A DNA stretch of 32,000 nucleotides from Clostridiales bacterium. Lineage in GTDB: Bacteria > Bacillota > Clostridia > Christensenellales > Aristaeellaceae. The stretch spans positions 5,705 to 37,704 of the forward strand of contig SFIM01000005.1 of NCBI GenBank assembly GCA_004556155.1, given 5' to 3'. Under the pieces are notes generated by a model. That model saw only the letters and a list, made by a program, of their open reading frames with translations, did no database searches and was not told the origin of the DNA. Within the stretch, counting starts at the first letter, position 1; the number at the start of each line of letters is the position of its first letter. Shown one piece after another: positions 27,421 to 32,000 of the stretch. Made by a program: the position numbers and the translations under genes.

Positions 27421-27605
27421 AAATGTGCGTTCTATATGATCGAGAATGCATCGACTGCGGCGAATGCGATCAGTGTGAGCTGGATCCAACTAAGCGCTGC
27501 AATAACTGCATGAAATGCGTATCCGGCGACGCTGAATACCGCGCTATTCTGATTGATGAAGTTGTCAAACCGGCCCAGGAGCCCAAACGCAAGCCGCAAA
27601 AATAA
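27417..27605 (+). CDS. Small (62 aa) eight-cysteine protein with a basic tail, function unknown
   Basis: ATGA overlap with the recombinase stop (27417-27420). GAGGAG sits 10 nt upstream. Cys at residues 4, 11, 14, 17, 20, 28, 31 and 34 (CIDCGECDQC ... CNNCMKC). Tail KPAQEPKRKPQK. Confidence 0.55.
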   Translation: MKMCVLYDRECIDCGECDQCELDPTKRCNNCMKCVSGDAEYRAILIDEVVKPAQEPKRKPQK

Positions 27606-27607
27606 AG

Positions 27608-27621
27608 CAAACAGACGTTTC
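27608..27621. promoter_or_regulatory. Candidate LexA operator 1 (CAAAC-N4-GTTTC)
   Basis: CAAACAGACGTTTC resembles the Gram-positive SOS box CGAAC-N4-GTTCG. It is 13/14 identical to the inverted copy at 27636-27649. Confidence 0.45.
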
Positions 27622-27630
27622 ATTTTATAC

Positions 27631-27659
27631 TTGCCAAACGTTTGTTTGCATGTTATAAT
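27631..27659 (+). promoter_or_regulatory. Candidate lexA promoter
   Basis: TTGCCA (27631-27636), a 17-nt spacer, then TATAAT (27654-27659). Confidence 0.6.
27635..27648. promoter_or_regulatory. Candidate LexA operator 2 (CAAAC-N4-GTTTG), inside the lexA promoter spacer
   Basis: CAAACGTTTGTTTG lies between the -35 and -10 hexamers. It contains the perfect palindrome CAAACGTTTG. Confidence 0.5.
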
Positions 27660-27687
27660 ATGAATAGCGAGTAAATGAGGTGAGCGA

Positions 27688-28323
27688 ATGGCGGCAACAA
27701 GACGCGCACGTGGCGATACGCAGCAACGCATTTTGGAATTTATCGAAAGCGAAGTGGCTTCTAAAGGCTATCCCCCTTCGGTTCGCGAGATTGGAGACGC
27801 CGTTGGGCTGAAATCCACCTCCACGGTTCACGGCCATCTCCGGCGGCTGGAAGCACGCGGATTGCTGCGTCGTGACGCTATGAAGCCACGTGCCATGGAG
27901 GTGCGCACGGAGCGCACCGCGCCTGAAGCATCGCCTGAAGCATCGGACGCTTTCCGCATGGTGCCGATTGTGGGCAACGTTGCTGCGGGTTCCCCCATCC
28001 TGGCGGAGGAATATGTAGAGGATCAAATTCCTCTCCCCGAGGTTATGCTGGGCGATGGCGAGCACTTTATCCTGCGTGTGCATGGCGATAGTATGATTAA
28101 CGCCGGCATCATGGATGGCGATTATGTAGTGGTTCGTCAGCAGAACACCGCCGTAAATGGCGAGATTATCGTTGCTTTGATCGACGACAACGCTACCGTC
28201 AAGCGCTTCTATCGAGAAAACGGCCGTTTCCGTCTACAACCGGAAAACCCAGCCATGGCACCTATTTATGCACGCGCGATCGATATCGCAGGCAAGGTTG
28301 TATCGGTCTATCGTCTATATTGA
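27688..28323 (+). CDS. lexA: SOS transcriptional repressor LexA
   Basis: RILEFIESEVASKGYPPSVREIGDAVGLKSTSTVHGHLRRLEARGLLRRD (wHTH), cleavage site VAAG, catalytic GDSM and VKRF. Confidence 0.93.
   Translation: MAATRRARGDTQQRILEFIESEVASKGYPPSVREIGDAVGLKSTSTVHGHLRRLEARGLLRRDAMKPRAMEVRTERTAPEASPEASDAFRMVPIVGNVAAGSPILAEEYVEDQIPLPEVMLGDGEHFILRVHGDSMINAGIMDGDYVVVRQQNTAVNGEIIVALIDDNATVKRFYRENGRFRLQPENPAMAPIYARAIDIAGKVVSVYRLY
27922..27945 (+). repeat. Perfect in-frame 12-bp tandem duplication (PEAS-PEAS) in the lexA hinge
   Basis: CCTGAAGCATCG at 27922-27933 and again at 27934-27945. Confidence 0.95.
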
Positions 28324-28329
28324 ATAAGC

Positions 28330-28365
28330 AGCCCTTTCGCATTTACTTGCGAATGGGCTTTTTTT
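28330..28365 (+). terminator. Rho-independent terminator after lexA
   Basis: AGCCCTTTCGCA (28330-28341), loop TTTACT, TGCGAATGGGCT (28348-28359), 11/12 paired, followed by a T-run to 28365. Confidence 0.8.
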
Positions 28366-28411
28366 AAAAGCGTTTATGGGCATGCGCATATCCGTCCCCC
28401 ACGTTTACAAT

Positions 28412-28443
28412 AGAAAAAGAGGCTATCCCTTGCGGGACAGCCC
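28412..28443 (-). terminator. Rho-independent terminator after rnpB (minus strand)
   Basis: The minus strand reads GGCTGTCCC-GCAA-GGGATAGCC followed by TCTTTTTCT (complement of 28412-28442). Confidence 0.75.
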
Positions 28444-28449
28444 TTATGT

Positions 28450-28780
28450 AAATGAGCGCAGACTGTAAGCCGAGTTCTGTCGTGAATAGTCATCTATCTA
28501 CGCGACCTGTCGCCAGGCCGCTCAAGCGATTTCGAAGACGGGCGAGCCACCCATAGCCTTCATCAATCTTGCACCGGATGGGGTTTACATGACGGACGAG
28601 TTGCCAGGCCGCCGGTGCGCTCTTACCGCACCTTTCCACCCTTACCGGCATTGCTGCCGGCGGTATATCTCTGTTGCACTTGCCTTGGAGTCGCCTCCAC
28701 CAGCCGTTAACTGGCATCCTGCTCTGTGGTGCTCGGACTTTCCTCATGCCTTGCGGCACGCGACTATTCATCTGCCTCAA
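28450..28780 (-). ncRNA. rnpB: RNase P RNA (M1 RNA), bacterial type
   Basis: The minus strand contains universal P4 GAGGAAAGTCCGAGC (complement of 28733-28747), GTGCAACAGAGA, GGTAAGGGTGAAAGGTGCGGTAAGAGCGCACC-like CR-II/III segments, and the 3' element ACGACAGAACTCGGCTTACAG. P2 is GAATAGTC/GACTATTC and P1 is GAGGCAGA/TCTGCGCTC. The ends are approximate, within about 5 nt. Confidence 0.85.
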
Positions 28781-28794
28781 TTACGACGATTAAA

Positions 28795-29499
28795 TTACAG
28801 CTGGATCAACAGCCTGCCGCAGCTTTCGCATTCCACCGGCGTGCCAGCGCGCACGGAACGTACCACGGCGGAAGGCAGCGACATGCGGCAGCCGCCGCAC
28901 TGATCGCCGCTCAACTGGGCCAGCGGCGGCATGCTATGCTGCTTAATGGCCTTATATTTTTCCAGATAGGAGGGCTCGATGCCCTTGGCCTTTTCCGCCA
29001 CAGTGGCGCGCAGTTCTTCCAGCTTTTTCAGATTTTCTTTGTATTCCACATCATATTCGGCCTTCAGGCGATCGTAATCACCACGAACCTTGGCCGCGCG
29101 CTGCACGATATCGCGCTGCTGGCTGTCGCGGTCGGCAGCATCCTTGCGGATGCGGCGCACTTCCTGCTCATAGCCGGATACGTTTTGCAGCAAACGCTGC
29201 GTCTCCTGGATATAATTCTGCATGCCGTCGCTATCCTCGGGGCGTTTGGCCTCGAAGCGATCATGCAGGGCGCGAAGCTGCTCCTCGGTGTGGACGATGG
29301 CGTCCTTCAGGGCGTCCATGCGGTCGCCCATGGCATGCACTTCCTCCTCCAGACGGGCGTTGGCAGCCTTTTGCTCACGCAGATATTCCTGATATTTGAG
29401 CAGACGCTGACGAGTAGGCGAGCGCTTCATGGCGTTTTCCTGACGCTCAGCCTCCACATCGGCCTGTTGATAATCCCAAAGCAGTTCCAGTTGACTCAT
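28795..29499 (-). CDS. Coiled-coil protein with C-terminal C4 zinc ribbon (COG1579/zf-RING_7-type)
   Basis: A long coiled-coil followed by CGGCRMSLPSAVVRSVRAGTPVECESCGRLL. GGAGG RBS. ATGA overlap with the NIF3 stop. The typical NIF3 neighbour. Confidence 0.85.
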   Translation of the reverse strand: MSQLELLWDYQQADVEAERQENAMKRSPTRQRLLKYQEYLREQKAANARLEEEVHAMGDRMDALKDAIVHTEEQLRALHDRFEAKRPEDSDGMQNYIQETQRLLQNVSGYEQEVRRIRKDAADRDSQQRDIVQRAAKVRGDYDRLKAEYDVEYKENLKKLEELRATVAEKAKGIEPSYLEKYKAIKQHSMPPLAQLSGDQCGGCRMSLPSAVVRSVRAGTPVECESCGRLLIQL

Positions 29500-30296
29500 G
29501 TGGTACCTCCTTCAATATCCGCTCGTCCGCCGTAAGGCCGGTAAACGGATGGGTAAACATAGACATAATATTGTAACGCATTTAACGCGTTTTGTAAAGC
29601 CCCGGCCAGCTTAGGCACCAGCACCGCCTCAGTGCCAAAGTGCCCGCCGCCAAAGAGCACAAAACCGCTTCCAACGGCTGCAATGGCGTTGTGATGGCGA
29701 ATTTCGCCTGTCAGATACGCCTGCGCGCCCAGCTGACGCGCTTGCAGATAGCCCTCGTCAAACGCGCCGCCGCAGATGGCCAGCGTACGGATGGGCTTGC
29801 TGGCATCGCCATACAGATAAATATATTCATCTTCTACTTGTGCGATGCATTGACGCAGTTTATCCGCCGTGGTTTCGCCCTCAGGCACGTCGCCAAGAAA
29901 GATGAACCCCTCCTGGCGGACATTTTGCAGGTGCAACAGCTCTGCCAGCACGGCGCTGCCGCTGTAAACCGGGGATTGATCCAGGTTGGTATGCGCGGCG
30001 ATCAGGCTGATGTTATGCTGGATCAGCGTGCGGATCACATGTCCCTCGTAATCGTCCTCCAAGAGATTCTTGGCGGCATGAAACATGAGCGGATGATGGG
30101 TCACAATCAGCTGCGCCTGATGGGCAATCGCTTCGTCAATCACGGCGGGTGTTGCGTCCAGCGCTACCAGGATGCGCTCCGCCGGAGCAGACATGCTGCC
30201 CAGCAGAAGCCCTGCGTTATCATAGGCTTCCGCCATATCAAAGGGTGCGATCTGATTCAGCCAGTCGTATACGTCGCGAACGGATGCGGTTTTCAT
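29496..30296 (-). CDS. NIF3-family dinuclear metal centre protein (YqfO-like)
   Basis: MKTASVRDVYDWLNQIAPFDMAEAYDNAGLLLG, LIVTHHPLMF, IAAHTNLD, GGGHFGTE. The ATG at 30296 forms an ATGA overlap with the trmK stop. The track start at 30320 lies inside trmK. Confidence 0.88.
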   Translation of the reverse strand: MKTASVRDVYDWLNQIAPFDMAEAYDNAGLLLGSMSAPAERILVALDATPAVIDEAIAHQAQLIVTHHPLMFHAAKNLLEDDYEGHVIRTLIQHNISLIAAHTNLDQSPVYSGSAVLAELLHLQNVRQEGFIFLGDVPEGETTADKLRQCIAQVEDEYIYLYGDASKPIRTLAICGGAFDEGYLQARQLGAQAYLTGEIRHHNAIAAVGSGFVLFGGGHFGTEAVLVPKLAGALQNALNALQYYVYVYPSVYRPYGGRADIEGGTT

Positions 30297-30937
30297 TTTG
30301 CCAGTTCCTCTCTGATCCATGCAAGCTGTCGTTCATGCCCGGCTTCGCAGGCGACCACGCCTTCGCGCCAGCGCAGATAATTCTGCCACAAGGGTGGCGG
30401 ATTATCCAGCAGCGCAGGGCCAAGATATAACTCCCGCTCGGTATAGTGAGCATTGCCCGGTTCTGCACGCATCAGCACATAAAACCGACCCTTAGCGCGC
30501 ACAATACGCTCCGCCGTGATGGCATAGCCGATTTGCATCAGCGTTTGCCGCACCAGCGGGATGTCCGTATGCGAGGACAGCACCAGCGCCGCGCCCTGCA
30601 GCAGGCCGCAGCCATCGCGCAGGATCTGCGATATCAGCCGCCCGCCCATGCCGCACATTACCGCGCACTGCACATTGGGACGGCCGCGCAGGGCGTTTAG
30701 CCCATCAGCCACGCAAAAATCAGCGCGATCCGCCAGTTCATGCAGCGCTAAAAGCGCCTGCGCCTTGGCAAGCGATTCTGCGCTGATATCGCTTACGATC
30801 ATGCGGGCACACTTGCCGCTATGCAGAAGATGGCAGGATAGCCGTCCATGATCCGCGCCGATATCAGCCCCGTATGCACAGACGGGAAAAAGATCGGCCG
30901 CTGCCTGCAGCCGATCGTCTAATTGCGGATAACGCAC
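30293..30937 (-). CDS. trmK: tRNA (adenine(22)-N(1))-methyltransferase TrmK (YqfN-like)
   Basis: LDDRLQAAADL...GADIGADHGRLSCHLL...MIVSDISAESL...CGMGG. GTG start 4 nt after the rpoD stop. The sigA-trmK-nif3 order matches Bacillus. Confidence 0.85.
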   Translation of the reverse strand: MRYPQLDDRLQAAADLFPVCAYGADIGADHGRLSCHLLHSGKCARMIVSDISAESLAKAQALLALHELADRADFCVADGLNALRGRPNVQCAVMCGMGGRLISQILRDGCGLLQGAALVLSSHTDIPLVRQTLMQIGYAITAERIVRAKGRFYVLMRAEPGNAHYTERELYLGPALLDNPPPLWQNYLRWREGVVACEAGHERQLAWIREELAK

Positions 30938-30940
30938 GGC

Positions 30941-32000
30941 TTATTCCAGATAATCCTTCAGTTTTTTGCTGCGGCTGGGATGACGCAGCTTGCGCAGGGC
31001 CTTGGCCTCAATCTGGCGGATACGCTCACGCGTAACCTTAAATTCACGGCCTACCTCTTCCAGCGTACGCTGGTTGCCGTCGTCCAGGCCAAAGCGCAGG
31101 CGCAGCACCTTTTCCTCCCGCGGGGTCAGGGTGTTGAGCACGTCCCACAGCTGCTCGCGCATCAGGGCGTGCGAGGCAGCCTCAGCCGGAGCGGGCGCGT
31201 CGTCATCAGGAATGAAATCGCCCAAGTGGCTGTCTTCTTCTTCACCGATAGGCGTTTCAAGAGAAACGGGCTCCTGCGCGATCTTGATGATTTCGCGCAC
31301 CTTGGCCTCGCTGATGCCCATGGCCTTGGCAATTTCTTCAGGCGTGGGCTCGCGGCCGTATTCCTGCAAAAGCTGACGGGATACGCGAATCAGCTTGTTG
31401 ATGGTTTCAACCATGTGAACAGGAATGCGGATGGTGCGCGCCTGATCGGCGATGGCGCGGGTGATAGCCTGACGAATCCACCAGGTGGCATAGGTAGAAA
31501 ACTTGTAGCCCTTGCGGTAATCAAATTTTTCTACGGCCTTGATCAGGCCCAGGTTGCCCTCCTGAATGAGATCCAGGAACAGCATGCCACGGCCCACATA
31601 GCGCTTGGCGATAGATACGACCAGGCGCAGGTTGGCCTCGGCCAGCAGGCGCTTGGCCTGCGTGCCGTCATCGATAGCGGCCTGGCACTGCTTCTTTTCC
31701 TCGTCGGTCAAGGGCTTGCCATCGGCGTTGATGCCGCTTTCAAGCATTTGCTTGGCCTCGTCGCCCTTTTCCATGCGCATGGCGATGTTGATTTCCTCGT
31801 CCGCACTGAGGAGCGGCACCTTGCCGATTTCCTTCAGATACATGCGCACAGGGTCGTCAATGCTGATGCCCTCGGGCATGGAAAGATCGATATCGTCGAT
31901 TTCGGGAGCAGCCTCGGGCGTTTGCGGGCCTTCGGCGGAATTGGCGTCGCGGATGACCTCCACGCCCATGGCTTCCAGCGTTTCCAGCACCGTATCAAAC
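30941..32000 (-). CDS. rpoD: Primary RNA polymerase sigma factor RpoD/SigA (N-terminus outside the window)
   Basis: [16 protein letters not shown] (region 1.2), [58 protein letters not shown] (region 2), and [30 protein letters not shown] (region 4.2). The frame stays open past 31990 to the window edge. Confidence 0.93.
   Translation of the reverse strand, partial: FDTVLETLEAMGVEVIRDANSAEGPQTPEAAPEIDDIDLSMPEGISIDDPVRMYLKEIGKVPLLSADEEINIAMRMEKGDEAKQMLESGINADGKPLTDEEKKQCQAAIDDGTQAKRLLAEANLRLVVSIAKRYVGRGMLFLDLIQEGNLGLIKAVEKFDYRKGYKFSTYATWWIRQAITRAIADQARTIRIPVHMVETINKLIRVSRQLLQEYGREPTPEEIAKAMGISEAKVREIIKIAQEPVSLETPIGEEEDSHLGDFIPDDDAPAPAEAASHALMREQLWDVLNTLTPREEKVLRLRFGLDDGNQRTLEEVGREFKVTRERIRQIEAKALRKLRHPSRSKKLKDYLE

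Noticed and set aside
27417-27605. Whether the Cys-rich microprotein is a SCIFF/ranthipeptide-type RiPP precursor, which is common in Clostridia.
   Set aside because: No radical-SAM maturase or peptidase/exporter gene is adjacent. The Cys cluster is N-terminal rather than C-terminal. The protein also ends in a long basic tail. The context (coupled to a recombinase, next to lexA) points elsewhere.
28490-28903. ORFs 28490-28780 (-) and 28589-28903 (+) in the gap after lexA.
   Set aside because: They overlie RNase P RNA, which has conserved GAGGAAAGTCCGAGC and ACAGAACTCGGCTTA elements and P1/P2 pairing. The region is an RNA gene, not coding sequence.
1-32000. A scan for CRISPR arrays, IS elements or terminal inverted repeats of transposons, rRNA genes, toxin-antitoxin pairs and multi-gene defence islands.
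   Set aside because: I saw no direct-repeat/spacer arrays, transposase-like ORFs or rRNA signatures. Apart from 25822-26316, the intergenic gaps are short and explained by promoters, terminators, the tRNA or rnpB. This was a visual scan only, so small or degenerate elements could have been missed.

Overview
GC-rich (about 58-60% by eye) chromosomal core segment with Firmicutes/Clostridia-type synteny, almost entirely housekeeping genes. A partial secreted-protein gene lies on the minus strand (1-1085). It is followed by 24 CDS and one tRNA, all on the plus strand: an SNF2-family ATPase with a nuclease-like N-terminus, ruvC-ruvA-ruvB-queA, psuK-psuG, tRNA-Pro(GGG), tilS-hpt-ftsH, a PHP phosphoesterase, a VanW protein, argR-recN, maf-mreB-mreC-mreD-PBP2-minD-like-rodA, a ~480-bp AT-rich gap, a tyrosine recombinase with an overlapping 8-Cys microprotein, and lexA. 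A convergent minus-strand block follows: rnpB, a COG1579-type zinc-ribbon protein, NIF3, trmK and rpoD (5' end outside the window). I saw no CRISPR array, IS/transposon, rRNA or obvious defence island. The most unusual structure is at 25851-26316. A perfect 16-bp inverted repeat pair, plus a third copy that forms the rodA terminator hairpin, brackets a 416-bp AT-rich non-coding segment. That segment carries an outward-facing sigma-70-like promoter aimed at the recombinase gene. This makes it a candidate invertible switch or recombinase target site. Other points worth a second look are the nuclease-like/SNF2 fusion abutting the ruvCAB promoter, twin CAAAC-N4-GTTTG operators at lexA, the Cys-rich microprotein, and an orphan MinD without MinC/MinE. 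All functional calls rest on motif recognition and remembered synteny, since no searches could be run. The many long antisense ORFs in the track are codon-aligned shadow ORFs and are rejected.
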